Positions 20,195-29,950 of a stretch of 64,000 bases of DNA are shown here, one piece after another. Where the stretch lies: contig CAWEHK010000029.1 of the NCBI GenBank assembly GCA_963808625.1, forward strand, positions 160,001 to 224,000, in the 5' to 3' direction. Source of the stretch: an uncultured delta proteobacterium (GTDB lineage Bacteria > Desulfobacterota > Syntrophobacteria > Syntrophobacterales > Syntrophobacteraceae). The translations under genes were made by a program, and so were the position numbers. Below the pieces are notes generated by a model that was not told the DNA's origin, did no database searches, and worked only from the letters and a program-made list of their open reading frames with translations. Numbering within the stretch: position 1 is the first letter of the stretch; every line of letters starts with the position of its first letter.

Positions 20195-20423
20195 TTCTTA
20201 TGTGCTCTCCTGATGCCTGGTCCCGCCTGCAAGGGACCTCGGATAGCCGATTTTTCGATTTCCGCCGCCCGGAAGGCGGCAGTTGGCCTTTCGACACCGC
20301 CCACTTTACAGGAAACCAGCGGCCTTGTGAATCCTTGTTGCAGGACAAATTCGTTTTATGGTATCGAAAGGCCCTTGGATCAACCCAGGTTCTTTGCTCT
20401 TACGAAAACAAAGGAGATGAGCT

Positions 20424-20810
20424 TTGAAAGTGTCTTGGAAACCATTTCTTGCGGTCCTGCTTCTGGGAGTAATGCTGTTCCCCGCATTCACTCTTGCCGG
20501 TTCCTACTACAGCAGTGGGTCCATTGACACGGACCTGCAGTTCGAAGACTTCAGGATAGGCAATGACGGGTATTTAACCGGGTTCATCGTCAATTCCTCC
20601 AAGCGCACTCGCCCGGCCGTCAAGCTTGACATATGGACCACCAATACCCAGGAGACCCAGATCTATTGGAGAAAAACCCTGAATCTTGGCGATCTGGCGC
20701 CGGGGGCAAGGGTTCCGGTAAAAGAACCCTATAAAGTCGATCGGGAAGATCCTGAGAAGACCAAATTCATGTTTCGAGTGCCCGCTCCCGCCAACTTCAG
20801 AAACAAATAG
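20424..20810 (+). CDS. hypothetical secreted protein
   Basis: AAGGAG RBS and a signal peptide. Confidence 0.75.
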   Translation: MKVSWKPFLAVLLLGVMLFPAFTLAGSYYSSGSIDTDLQFEDFRIGNDGYLTGFIVNSSKRTRPAVKLDIWTTNTQETQIYWRKTLNLGDLAPGARVPVKEPYKVDREDPEKTKFMFRVPAPANFRNK

Positions 20811-21035
20811 GAGTGGTGCATTTCTGATCGTCAGGCTAGGGTCAAACCCGCCCCATGACAGAGATAAGGGTTATATTCGTCCAGCTGAATTTCAGAAACA
20901 CAGCAGGAGAGGTGCACCGCTGATCATCAGAACCAACTCTCTGCGTTCTCGCGGGTTGCCGTTAGGGATGAAGCTCTTCAGGAGTGGAGATTCTTAACCC
21001 TAACCCTAACAAGTCTAATATCGCACGCCAGATGC

Positions 21036-21848
21036 TCAGCCCAAGAGCTGAATGTATTTTCGGATCGTCGGCAGGTTTCGGATGAATCGGTGAGCAGCCA
21101 GTTCGCTGCGGAGGCGGTCGACAGGATAGCTGATCCGAAACAGGGTGACCGTTCCGGCATCGCGATCATAGAGGACGGTGTTGGCGACGGGGACCCCATC
21201 GCGGTAAGGTCCGCCGATGCTCCCCGCCTTTATCCAATAGCGCGCCGTGGGATCGATTGTTACGCTCAGCATTTGATCGGCCGCCGGCCGATGGATGCGC
21301 ACGTCCTCGATCTGCGGTGACTCGATTTCCCCGGGAAGTTCATATACTGCGGGCACATGATCGTGGCCGCTGAAAATGAGGAGTTTGGGATAATCTTGCC
21401 AGGCTTTCAGACTCGCCGCGAGCGCCGCTTCATCGAGGTAATCGAAGCCGTCGATGGTCGTCGGGGCGCCCGGTTGGGGAAGATGGAAGGGGCTGTGGTG
21501 CACCGCCACAAAATCGTCCTGCTCGAGCATGAGCGGCAGGTTCGACAGGTATTCAAGGGCCCCCGGCAGGGTGCTGAGCCGGCCGGCATTATAAGCGGTG
21601 GCCTGCAGGCGATCCAACTGTTCCGGGTGGTCGGTCAGAAGTCCCGCAACGAGGAGGTCGTGGTTTCCGGCCACCGTTGGAAAGCCAAGGGTGCGCATCC
21701 GCCTCAGGGTGCGGTCACCAAAGGGCAGCCATCCCACGAGGTCTCCCAGGCAGTAAACGGCGTCCGCATCGACTTTGGTCAAATGCCGGAGGCAGGCTTC
21801 CAGCGCGTAGGCATTGCCGTGGATGTCGCCAAAGAAGGAGATGCGCAT
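21036..21848 (-). CDS. metallophosphoesterase family protein
   Basis: GDIHGN, LGDLVG, GNHD, GHDH, GSIG motifs. Confidence 0.9.
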   Translation of the reverse strand: MRISFFGDIHGNAYALEACLRHLTKVDADAVYCLGDLVGWLPFGDRTLRRMRTLGFPTVAGNHDLLVAGLLTDHPEQLDRLQATAYNAGRLSTLPGALEYLSNLPLMLEQDDFVAVHHSPFHLPQPGAPTTIDGFDYLDEAALAASLKAWQDYPKLLIFSGHDHVPAVYELPGEIESPQIEDVRIHRPAADQMLSVTIDPTARYWIKAGSIGGPYRDGVPVANTVLYDRDAGTVTLFRISYPVDRLRSELAAHRFIRNLPTIRKYIQLLG

Positions 21849-21856
21849 GGTTTGTC

Positions 21857-22051
21857 CTATTCTTCCACCGTTTCAAAGGTACCATCGTCTTTCTGGATGA
21901 TTTTCATGTTCCGCCCGCTGGGGTCGGTGAATCGTATCGCCCCGCCGTAAGTTCTCGGCCCAACCGGTTCGCGCGTGCTGCGCCGCTTGACCACAAAAAT
22001 GAGCAGAGCCAAAATCGCAATTGCCAATATCGTTGACACCACAAATCCCAT
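21857..22051 (-). CDS. small membrane protein
   Basis: GGAGG RBS and an N-terminal TM followed by KRR. Confidence 0.7.
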   Translation of the reverse strand: MGFVVSTILAIAILALLIFVVKRRSTREPVGPRTYGGAIRFTDPSGRNMKIIQKDDGTFETVEE

Positions 22052-22165
22052 GGTTATCCTCCAAAGTCATAAAAACAACCGGGTGAAATCCTGCATTCTC
22101 AAACGCGGGCAGGAATGCCCGCGCTCCCAAAATGCAAACCCCCGGGGGCAAAATCTCTCATTTAA

Positions 22166-22234
22166 CCAAGAGCCAGGAGCCAAAAGCCAAGAGCCAAGAG
22201 CCAAGAGCCAGGAGCCAGGAGCTAAAAGCCAAAA
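22166..22234. repeat. heptamer array (CCAAGAG/CCAGGAG)n
   Basis: Seen directly, just after the nudC stop. Confidence 0.95.
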
Positions 22235-22239
22235 ACGTC

Positions 22240-23244
22240 TCACGATTTCGCCAGAGTCAGATGCTGGTATCCTGGAATGGAATCCAGGAATGTTCTGAGC
22301 GGTGTCAAGCCGGGGGTGTCGTACCAGTCCTCGATCAACCGGAAGGCGATGGAAAAATTCGAAGGGAGGCGGAGCTCACCCGCCTCGAGACGGTCCTGGA
22401 AATCCTTTCGCGAGAACCAGCGGGCATCCTCCAGTTCCTGGTCCATGAGCTGAATGGTTTCGCCACGCGCCACGGCGCTGAAGCCAAGCATGATCGAGCC
22501 TGGAAACGGCCAGGGTTGAGATGAGTGATATTGCACTTCGGCCACCCGGATGCCGGTCTCTTCATGAATTTCGCGAACGACAGCGTCTTCGAGGCTCTCT
22601 CCCGGTTCGACAAATCCGGCAATGGCTGAAAAAAAGCCCTGAGGCCAAACCGACTGGCGCCCTAACAGGCAGCGCTCGCCCGACCGCACCACGGTGATGA
22701 TTGCCGGGTCGGTCCGCGGGAAATGCTGTTCACCGCACTGCGGGTTGGTGCAAACCCGGCGATGGCCGCCATCGACGCTGGCCGTGGGACTGCCGCAGTC
22801 GCCGCAGAACCGATGGCGGCGATGCCAGTGAGTCAGGGCTCGCGCATAAGCGAGCAGCGCCGCCTGGGGAGCCTCGAGCAGGGCCCCGAAGCGTTTTAGA
22901 TCGTGAAACCGACCGAGGCTCGCCAGGCGGTCGGCAGGGGCCGTTGTACCCCGCGGCAAGTCCACTGCAAAATAGGTCTTCGTCGCGTTTCTACCAAGGA
23001 AAACGACGGCTTCAGCCGCTCCCAACAGGTCGCCCACTTGCGCGCGGGAAAGCATCACCGGGCGCGGAGCGGATTCCTCCGCGAAGAGCTGTTTCGAGTC
23101 CCACACCGGGAGGAAGAAGGTGTTGGGGTCCTCGATTTGTTCCGCCAGCCATTGCTCGTCCCGGCGTTTGGGTGTCAGACGATCGACCGGGTTTGCGGCA
23201 TAGTAGTTGCGGGCGGAGCGCCGGTAATGATCCATTGGGACCAT
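22240..23244 (-). CDS. nudC: NAD(+) diphosphatase
   Basis: Zn ribbon FCGDCG, FPRTDPA, Nudix box GFVEPGESLEDAVVREIHEETG, SQPWPFP. Confidence 0.95.
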   Translation of the reverse strand: MVPMDHYRRSARNYYAANPVDRLTPKRRDEQWLAEQIEDPNTFFLPVWDSKQLFAEESAPRPVMLSRAQVGDLLGAAEAVVFLGRNATKTYFAVDLPRGTTAPADRLASLGRFHDLKRFGALLEAPQAALLAYARALTHWHRRHRFCGDCGSPTASVDGGHRRVCTNPQCGEQHFPRTDPAIITVVRSGERCLLGRQSVWPQGFFSAIAGFVEPGESLEDAVVREIHEETGIRVAEVQYHSSQPWPFPGSIMLGFSAVARGETIQLMDQELEDARWFSRKDFQDRLEAGELRLPSNFSIAFRLIEDWYDTPGLTPLRTFLDSIPGYQHLTLAKS

Positions 23245-23245
23245 T

Positions 23246-24868
23246 TCAAGGTCCCTTATATTTCTGCATGTCTTTCGGTACCCACCACTGACGCGGCGTC
23301 AACCCCATGGGATAGACAACCACATTGTGAAAACGCCGGGCCACCGCCACCAGGGCATCGGTAGTGAAGAGAAAGGTGTAGGGCTGCTCGTCATAGAGGA
23401 TCTTGCTGAAGCGGCGATACATTTCGCGCCGTTTCTGGGGATCGAACTCCTTCCGGGCGGCCTCGATGAGCCGGTCGGCTTCTTCGTTGTGGAACCCCAC
23501 GAAGTTGGACCCCTTGTTGTCGGCCTGCGAGGAGTGCCAGAGCTGGTAAGGGTCCGTGTCCCAACCGAGACTCCACCCCATGGTGCAGGCATCGAAGTTG
23601 TGCTCCTCGATTCTCTGCACGAACACCGCCCACTCCAGCTTGCGAATGTCCATCTTGATCCCCACTCCCTTCAGATTTTCCTGAAGGATGGTCGCGATTT
23701 GTTCGCCAAATTTGGAGCCGGCGGAAATGAGGAATTCAAAAGCAAACGGCGTCCCTTCGCGGTCCAGCACCCCGTCGCCGTCGTGGTCCTCCCACCCGGC
23801 AGCCTTGAGCAGGGCGGCGGCTGCCTTGGGATCGTAGGGATGGGGTTTCAGGTTGTGATCGTATTCCGGGCTGTTGATATAGAAGGTGCCGTTGACCACG
23901 GTCCCGAGACCGAAGAGGACCTTCTCGAGGATCATTTCACGGTCCATCAAAAGTGTCATCGCCAGCCGTACCGTGCGGTCGGCGAACAAGGGCCGGCGCA
24001 TATTCCAGCCGATGTAGGAGTAGCTCGGCAGGGGGTACTTCAGCTTCTGGAAATTCTCCTCAAACCGCGCTGTCTGAGTCTGCCTCACCCATTGAATCGG
24101 GCGCAGCCCCATAAAATCCAGTCCGCCCTGCTTCAAAACCTGGAGCGCCACCGTCGAATCGGTGATGATCTTGAAGACGATCCGGTTCAGATAGGGCTTT
24201 TCTCCCCAGTATGCTTCATTACGAATGAGGACGATCTCTTTGCCCGTTTCCCAGTGAAGCAGCCGGTACGGTCCGGTGCCGACGGGCTGGCGGCCGATGG
24301 GATGTTGATTGAAATTGTCGCCATCCTTAAAGAGATGAGCCGGAAGGATCGGAATGCCGCCGCAGAACTCCAGGGCCTTGAAGTAAGGGATCCGGTAGTG
24401 ATAGCGCACCGTATGGTCGTCGATGACTTCCAGTCGTTCGATGTCCTGGTAGTAATTGCGCAAATGCGCCGCATCCACTTTGGGGTCCTTGATGCGCTCG
24501 AAGGAGAAGAGGATGTCCCGGGCCGTGAAGGGTTGACCGTCCTGCCAGCGGATATTCTTCTTCAAATGGAAGGTGTATTGGAGGTGGTCCGCCGAGATTT
24601 CCCAGGATTCCGCCAGCACCGGCACCAGTTGCATGGTCTTCTCGTCGCGCTTCAGGAGAGATTCGTAAACGTAGTCATCGATGTTTTGAGCGTAGACGTC
24701 GGTGGCCGTAATCGGATTCAGGGTTGCCGGCTCGGAGCCGAGGTGACTGATCAGCCAGTCGCCGGCAACCGGCGCCTCTTCTGCCGCCGTCGCAGGGATT
24801 GGACCTGCGAGGAGGCAGCAAACCGACAGGATGAGCAGGCTCAGTCGGAATAATAAACGCATGGACAT
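23246..24868 (-). CDS. peptide ABC transporter substrate-binding protein (family 5)
   Basis: Signal peptide, EPATLNP, LAESWEIS, PVGTGPY. Confidence 0.93.
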   Translation of the reverse strand: MSMRLLFRLSLLILSVCCLLAGPIPATAAEEAPVAGDWLISHLGSEPATLNPITATDVYAQNIDDYVYESLLKRDEKTMQLVPVLAESWEISADHLQYTFHLKKNIRWQDGQPFTARDILFSFERIKDPKVDAAHLRNYYQDIERLEVIDDHTVRYHYRIPYFKALEFCGGIPILPAHLFKDGDNFNQHPIGRQPVGTGPYRLLHWETGKEIVLIRNEAYWGEKPYLNRIVFKIITDSTVALQVLKQGGLDFMGLRPIQWVRQTQTARFEENFQKLKYPLPSYSYIGWNMRRPLFADRTVRLAMTLLMDREMILEKVLFGLGTVVNGTFYINSPEYDHNLKPHPYDPKAAAALLKAAGWEDHDGDGVLDREGTPFAFEFLISAGSKFGEQIATILQENLKGVGIKMDIRKLEWAVFVQRIEEHNFDACTMGWSLGWDTDPYQLWHSSQADNKGSNFVGFHNEEADRLIEAARKEFDPQKRREMYRRFSKILYDEQPYTFLFTTDALVAVARRFHNVVVYPMGLTPRQWWVPKDMQKYKGP

Positions 24869-24891
24869 TGATTTGCGGCCTCTCGAAAGCG

Positions 24892-24998
24892 GTGCTGAGT
24901 GCTGGGTGCTGAGTGCTGAGTGCTGAGGAAAAACCATTCGCCCCCATGGTATATCTTCAGCGTTCAAATAGAAAACGGTGCTGACTGCTGGGCGCCGA
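24892..24998. repeat. heptamer arrays (GTGCTGA)n
   Basis: Array at 24892-24927 and a degenerate copy at 24978-24998. Confidence 0.85.
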
Positions 24999-25152
24999 GT
25001 ACACCTCCACAGAAATGAGTGTCCGAATTCGATTCGTCATTGCCGCAAGCTTCTGGCGGGAATCCACGCTCTGCAAATTCTCTGGATTCCCGCTGAGAGC
25101 ATGCGGGAATGACGCCCTGAGATTAAGGGCACTTTATTCTGCTGTGCTGTAC
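24999..25152. mobile_element. ~150 bp GTAC-ended MITE family, copy 1
   Basis: gtacacctccacagaaatgagtgtcc..nested palindromes..cactttattctgctgtgctgtac. Confidence 0.85.
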
Positions 25153-25353
25153 CAAAAAAACCGTCTGCCTCCATGGCACATCTTCAGGGTTCGAAGGTGC
25201 TGCCCCGGATTGGCAATTTGCATACCATTGCAGCAGAGCCGAGCCGTTTGGAGGATAGCACGAGAGAGGGCATAAAAAAACCCCTTCTCGCCGCTACCCT
25301 GAAAAGGGGTTTTGGGATTCCACAATCCCTTGAGCAGATCACGCGTCGATGCT

Positions 25354-25587
25354 TTACAATTTGGCTATGTCAATATTCCGGATAAAGGTTTTGATGTCAC
25401 TCATCCATGCTTCCAACTGCTGCTCCCGGTCCTGGCTCCCCGGATCTTTTTCGGCGGTTTTCGCCTCAACGTTTTCATAAGGCTGCGGCGTCGCGAGATC
25501 TTCCATGGCACCGGCGTTCTCGATCCCCGAAAACTCATTATTTCTATAGTACTCAAACTGACCGACACTGTACTCAATGGCTTTCAT
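25354..25587 (-). CDS. small hypothetical protein (77 aa)
   Basis: AAGGAGG RBS; a downstream hairpin with U-tract near 25270-25315. Confidence 0.6.
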   Translation of the reverse strand: MKAIEYSVGQFEYYRNNEFSGIENAGAMEDLATPQPYENVEAKTAEKDPGSQDREQQLEAWMSDIKTFIRNIDIAKL

Positions 25588-25669
25588 CTTGGCCTCCTTG
25601 ATTGCACTTTCATGTCACCATCAGGCCTGAAATTAATCACCATTCCTGTATTGTAAAGTGGCCGTGGAA

Positions 25670-25810
25670 TAGCTCTTGGCTCTTAGCTCTTAGCTCTTAG
25701 CTCTTGGCACTTGGCTGTTGGCTCTCGGCTCCTGGCTTCCAGCTTGACCTCCCTCATTCCTTCCACTCAGCACCCAGCACTCAGCACTCTCATCGTCACT
25801 CAGCACTCAT
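25670..25810. repeat. heptamer arrays (TTAGCTC/TTGGCTC)n and (CACTCAG)n
   Basis: Seen directly in the sequence. Confidence 0.9.
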
Positions 25811-26647
25811 TACTCCGATCATCTTTCGAACAATCCTCACCGGATCACCATCCCCATCACCTTTTCGAACAATCCTCACCGAATCACCGCGGCACAGACC
25901 GCAGCGTGTAGCCGCATTTCCCTGGTTGACCGCAATCTCCAGGCGTCCGCTGCTGCCGATGAGGGCTACTATCGTGCCGGGAGCCTGGTCGCCGTAAGTG
26001 TCAACGATTGCTGACACACTAAAGGCGCCAACCCTGACAGACAGCCGGGTCTTCGGGGCAAAGCGCGCGAGCACTTTGCCGCTTACATTAGTCACCGCAT
26101 TGCCAAAATGGTCGATATGAATGATCTCACCCAGAAGCTCATCCCCTGTCTGTGCGGCGTCGGCCCACGATGCGACGAGCGGCGCACAGGGAGAGCCCAG
26201 AGCGTGGGCAGGAAGGCCTTTTGCGAGATGGGCCGCGATGGGAGCGAAAATGTCACGACCATGAAAAGTCCTGCTTACGGTGGGGCGCCAGTGGGCAGTA
26301 TTTTCGATGCTGTAAGCTTTCCATGCGGAGGCCTCTTGCACGACCCACGAGAATAGACCATTATCCGGTCCCACAAAAAGGTAATGGTCCGCCTCCAGCA
26401 CCAATCCCCGCCGGTCCGTTCCCACCCCCGGATCAATCACGGCCAGATGAACCGTGCCCGAGGGGAAGTCACGGCAGACGGAAGCGAGCAAAAACGCCCC
26501 GGCCCGGATATCCTGGGGCGGTGCCAGATGGGTGATATCAATGAGGCGGGCTTCGGGACAAACCCCCAGGATCACCCCTTTCATGCTCGCCACGTAGGTG
26601 TCTTCAAGCCCGAAATCGGTAAGCAGGGTAATGATTGGCGCCGGCAT
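25796..26647 (-). CDS. SAM hydroxide adenosyltransferase (DUF62, chlorinase/fluorinase-like)
   Basis: LLTDFG, DITH, VIDPGVG, GPDNG, TFHGRDIFAP, DHFGN. Confidence 0.95.
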   Translation of the reverse strand: MPAPIITLLTDFGLEDTYVASMKGVILGVCPEARLIDITHLAPPQDIRAGAFLLASVCRDFPSGTVHLAVIDPGVGTDRRGLVLEADHYLFVGPDNGLFSWVVQEASAWKAYSIENTAHWRPTVSRTFHGRDIFAPIAAHLAKGLPAHALGSPCAPLVASWADAAQTGDELLGEIIHIDHFGNAVTNVSGKVLARFAPKTRLSVRVGAFSVSAIVDTYGDQAPGTIVALIGSSGRLEIAVNQGNAATRCGLCRGDSVRIVRKGDGDGDPVRIVRKMIGVMSAE

Positions 26648-26657
26648 AGTCGTAAAA

Positions 26658-26857
26658 CAGTGATCAGTGGTCAGTGACTAGTGGCTAGTGGCTAGTGGTC
26701 AGTGGTCAGTAGCCGGTAAGGCAGCCACGGTTCAGGTTGATGCCGATTTGAACAAAGGCCACAGGCAAATGCAAAAAGCTAACCGCCAACCGCCAACCGC
26801 CAAGAGCCAGGAGCCAGGAGCCAAGAGCCAAGAGCCAACCGCCAACAGCTAAGAGCT
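26658..26857. repeat. heptamer arrays (CAGTGGT)n and (CCAACCG/CCAAGAG)n
   Basis: Arrays at 26658-26712 and 26777-26857. Confidence 0.9.
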
Positions 26858-27832
26858 CTCCCCCCCGGCTGATTCCCGGCGGTGCCGGATCATGGCCGGG
26901 GTCCCGTAGTCATATTCATGGCGGAGCTGCAGGATGATCACGGAACCTATGACCAGGACCATTCCCAGGAGTTGAAGCGGCTCCAGGGATTCACCGAGAA
27001 AAAAGTATGAGATGATGCCCGCAGATATGGGTTCGAGAGTCGCGGTGATGCTGGCTCGCGTGGAACGGATCAGGTTGATGGCGTCGAAATAGAGACCGAA
27101 AGGCACGATCGTGCCGAGAATGGCAATATATAGAATGAAGCCCCAGGCCGTGGCGGAGTAGGTTCCGGTGAAGGCCTCGAGAGGGAGAGGAGCGGCTTCC
27201 CAAAACAGGTGGGCACTGTTCCAAAAAATCGCCGCGAAGAGGACGGCATAAAAGAGCACCGTCCAGGGATGGTAGCGGTGCATCCCCTTTTCTCCATAAA
27301 GGGAATACCAGGCAAAGGCGACCGCGCAAAGAAGACCGCAAAGAACGCCCTCCCGGTTCAACGAAAGCAGGTCAAAATTGTAAGCCCCGACGACCAGGTA
27401 GCAGCCGAAGGTGGCGCAGACAACCGCAAGCATGGTTGCCCGCGTCAGCGTGTCCCGCGCAAACAGCAGGGAATATAGAGCGATCAGCACGGGTGCCAGG
27501 TATTCAAGCAAAATCGCCACCGCCACCTTGATCTTACTGATGGCAAGAAGATAGGTGAACTGCACCATGGCCATTCCGGTAGTACCCAGGAGGGCAAAGT
27601 AGAGGATGTCCCGACGGGCGATCCGGAGCAATGCCGGCCGATGCGCCAGGAGCCATACAAAAAGCAGCGCAAGGCCAATCGTCAGGCGCAGCTGCACGAG
27701 TTGGAAAGGACTTATTCCCTGGTTGAAGAGGTACTTCGCCGATGATCCGGACACTGCCCACATGAGGGCTGCCGTCGCCACATAGAGATAACCACGCCGG
27801 GGAATGGGAGTCGGTGATGAGATATTGTTCAT
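26849..27832 (-). CDS. EamA/DMT family transporter
   Basis: About 10 TMs; AILLEYLAP and ATLEP motifs. Confidence 0.92.
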   Translation of the reverse strand: MNNISSPTPIPRRGYLYVATAALMWAVSGSSAKYLFNQGISPFQLVQLRLTIGLALLFVWLLAHRPALLRIARRDILYFALLGTTGMAMVQFTYLLAISKIKVAVAILLEYLAPVLIALYSLLFARDTLTRATMLAVVCATFGCYLVVGAYNFDLLSLNREGVLCGLLCAVAFAWYSLYGEKGMHRYHPWTVLFYAVLFAAIFWNSAHLFWEAAPLPLEAFTGTYSATAWGFILYIAILGTIVPFGLYFDAINLIRSTRASITATLEPISAGIISYFFLGESLEPLQLLGMVLVIGSVIILQLRHEYDYGTPAMIRHRRESAGGESS

Positions 27833-27857
27833 AGTCTCCACTGGGTGCAGATTCTTA

Positions 27858-28012
27858 GTGCGCCCCCGCATAAATGGGTGTCCGAATGCCACTCGTCATT
27901 CCCGCGTGTTTCTGGCGGGAATCCAGGCTGTGCAAATTCCCTGGATTCCCGCTAAGAGCATGCGGGAATGACGACCGGGTGGTAATGGACACTTTATTCT
28001 GCTGTGCTGTAC
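27858..28012. mobile_element. GTAC-ended MITE family, copy 2
   Basis: Flanked by TTA/TAA; 4 mismatches to the reverse complement of copy 5. Confidence 0.9.
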
Positions 28013-28270
28013 TAAGTGGACGCTTGTGGGCTTCCACCGGAATGACCATCGGGGATTATGGTCATCCCATTATCTGAGCCTATGCGCGACAGCAGGTCAA
28101 TCGTCTTTCCCATAAGAGTTTACCACAGGACCGCTCGTGCCCGCTCATTATTTCAGTCTGCCTCACCTGTCAGGATGCAGTGCGCGAATACGCTCGAAGA
28201 TCATTTCCTCGTTTTTCGATTTGCGATGGACGCGCGCTTTGCTAACATAGGTAGCGGAGAGATTCATGAG

Positions 28271-28322
28271 GGTGATGTGGTTGATGGTTGATAGTTGATG
28301 GTTGATGGTTGAGTGGTTGATG
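28271..28322. repeat. heptamer array (TTGATGG)n
   Basis: Seen directly in the sequence. Confidence 0.9.
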
Positions 28323-28445
28323 TGAGGTAGGGTTGGCATGGGCTGCCGGAGAGATTCACGAGGGTGAATCCAGACCCTGGTAGGAACCGAATAACTGAGG
28401 AAATGATGGTATTGATTCTTATGAGGAGATTTGAAAGGAGGGCGA

Positions 28446-29246
28446 ATGGTTCAGTTCGAAAGTCCCGGTATTGAGGATTTGACCCGGTTTGCGAGCGATG
28501 TGCTGCGTCACGCTGGGGATGAGGCACTGCGCTACTACGGCAAAGGGGACCCCCTGGTGAAATTTGACTCCGATTTGGTCACAGAAGCCGAGCTTCATCT
28601 GATCGATTTCTTTCGGAACCAACTCCAGGCTCAGTTCCCCGAGCATGGCATCTTTGGGGATGAGCTGCCGAAGCAGGACTACGTCCATGGCGAAAAAAGA
28701 TATCTCTGGATTTACGATGCCCTGGACGGGGTTGCCAATTTTCAAGCCGGTATTCCCATCTGGGGGACTTCCCTCGCGCTCCTCGAAAACTTCTGGCCAA
28801 TTTTTGGGGCCTTTTACATGCCGGTTACGGGGGATTTGTTCCATGCTCAAGCCGGTCAAAAAGCCTGGTGGGGCGATGCTGAAATCACGATTCCCGACCA
28901 TGGTGAAATCAGCAACGAAAGCGTGCTCCTGACCTACTCGAGGTTTCACAATCATTACCGCTCCTCCTTCCCCGGCAAAATTCGCAACCTCGGCTGCACC
29001 GCCGCCCATCTCTGCTACGTCGCCAGAGGGTGCGCCGAAGGAGCTCTGCTGGCCAATGTTTCCTATCAAGACCTGGCGGCGGCACAAATCATCCTCACCG
29101 CAGCAGGCGGTAAGATCTGCAAGCTCGATGGCCAGGAATTTCACCTCAGTGATTATCTGGATGGAGAGCGGATCGAGGAGCACCTGCTTGCCGCCCCCGA
29201 AGGCTCGCATGCGGCCATTGCGATGTATCTGAGCGAGGCGGAGTGA
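28446..29246 (+). CDS. inositol monophosphatase family protein
   Basis: DLVTEAE, FGDE, WIYDALDGVANF, DLAAA; AGGAGG RBS. Confidence 0.88.
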   Translation: MVQFESPGIEDLTRFASDVLRHAGDEALRYYGKGDPLVKFDSDLVTEAELHLIDFFRNQLQAQFPEHGIFGDELPKQDYVHGEKRYLWIYDALDGVANFQAGIPIWGTSLALLENFWPIFGAFYMPVTGDLFHAQAGQKAWWGDAEITIPDHGEISNESVLLTYSRFHNHYRSSFPGKIRNLGCTAAHLCYVARGCAEGALLANVSYQDLAAAQIILTAAGGKICKLDGQEFHLSDYLDGERIEEHLLAAPEGSHAAIAMYLSEAE

Positions 29247-29360
29247 GTAGGGAGTAGGAGTAAGGAGTAGGAGTAGGGAGTAGGAAGTAGGGAGTAAGGA
29301 GGGGCAGGTAAGAGGAGTAGGGAGTAAGGAGTAGGAGTAAGGAGTAGAGGGATTAGGGAG
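29244..29360 (+). repeat. heptamer array (GAGTAGG)n upstream of the four-helix-bundle gene
   Basis: Seen directly in the sequence. Confidence 0.95.
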
Positions 29361-29368
29361 GAGCGATT

Positions 29369-29749
29369 GTGGGGAGAGAAGGGTATGCCGGATACCGGGA
29401 TTTGAAGGTATTTAAGCTTGCGTACCAGCTTGCCCTTGAAATTCACGAACTAACGAAGTCCTTTCCTAAAGAAGAGAAGTATGCTCTGGTCGACCAAATT
29501 AGACGGTCATCCAGGAGCATTGCGACGAACATTGCTGAGGCCTGGAAGAAAAGGCGCTACGAAAAGGCATTCATCAGCAAGCTGGTTGATTGTTCGGGAG
29601 AAGCCGGTGAAACAGAAGTCTGGCTGGATTTCTGCCTTGACCTTACGTATATCAAAGCCGATCAGCATCAATATTTTCTGAGTAGATATCAGGAAGTAAG
29701 CCGCATGCTTTATGGTATGATAGAAAAAGCCGGAAGGTTTTCCACATGA
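29369..29749 (+). CDS. four helix bundle protein (23S rRNA IVP / TIGR02436-like)
   Basis: [42 protein letters not shown]. Confidence 0.93.
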   Translation: MGREGYAGYRDLKVFKLAYQLALEIHELTKSFPKEEKYALVDQIRRSSRSIATNIAEAWKKRRYEKAFISKLVDCSGEAGETEVWLDFCLDLTYIKADQHQYFLSRYQEVSRMLYGMIEKAGRFST

Positions 29750-29801
29750 TCACCTCCCTGACTTTTACTGGACCTTCGGCCTCTCGCTCGTTCTCCCCGC
29801 T

Positions 29802-29929
29802 TCCTACTGCCTGCTCCCTACTTCTGACTCCCCGCGTCCCGCTCCCTACTCGCTCTACTCCCTACTCCCTACTCCCTACTCCCTACTCGCCTACTGCTTA
29901 CTCCCTACTCCCTACTGCTTACTGCCTAC
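29802..29929 (+). repeat. heptamer array (CCTACTC)n, the reverse complement of the upstream array
   Basis: Seen directly in the sequence. Confidence 0.95.
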
Positions 29930-29950
29930 TTTAAACGGAGATTGACGCCC

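Noticed and set aside
19920..20400. Genomic island at tRNA-Asp
   Set aside because: The terminator follows directly; no att duplication or integrase is seen.
20994..21010. Telomere-like TAACCC repeat
   Set aside because: Under 3 units and internal; not distinguishable from chance.
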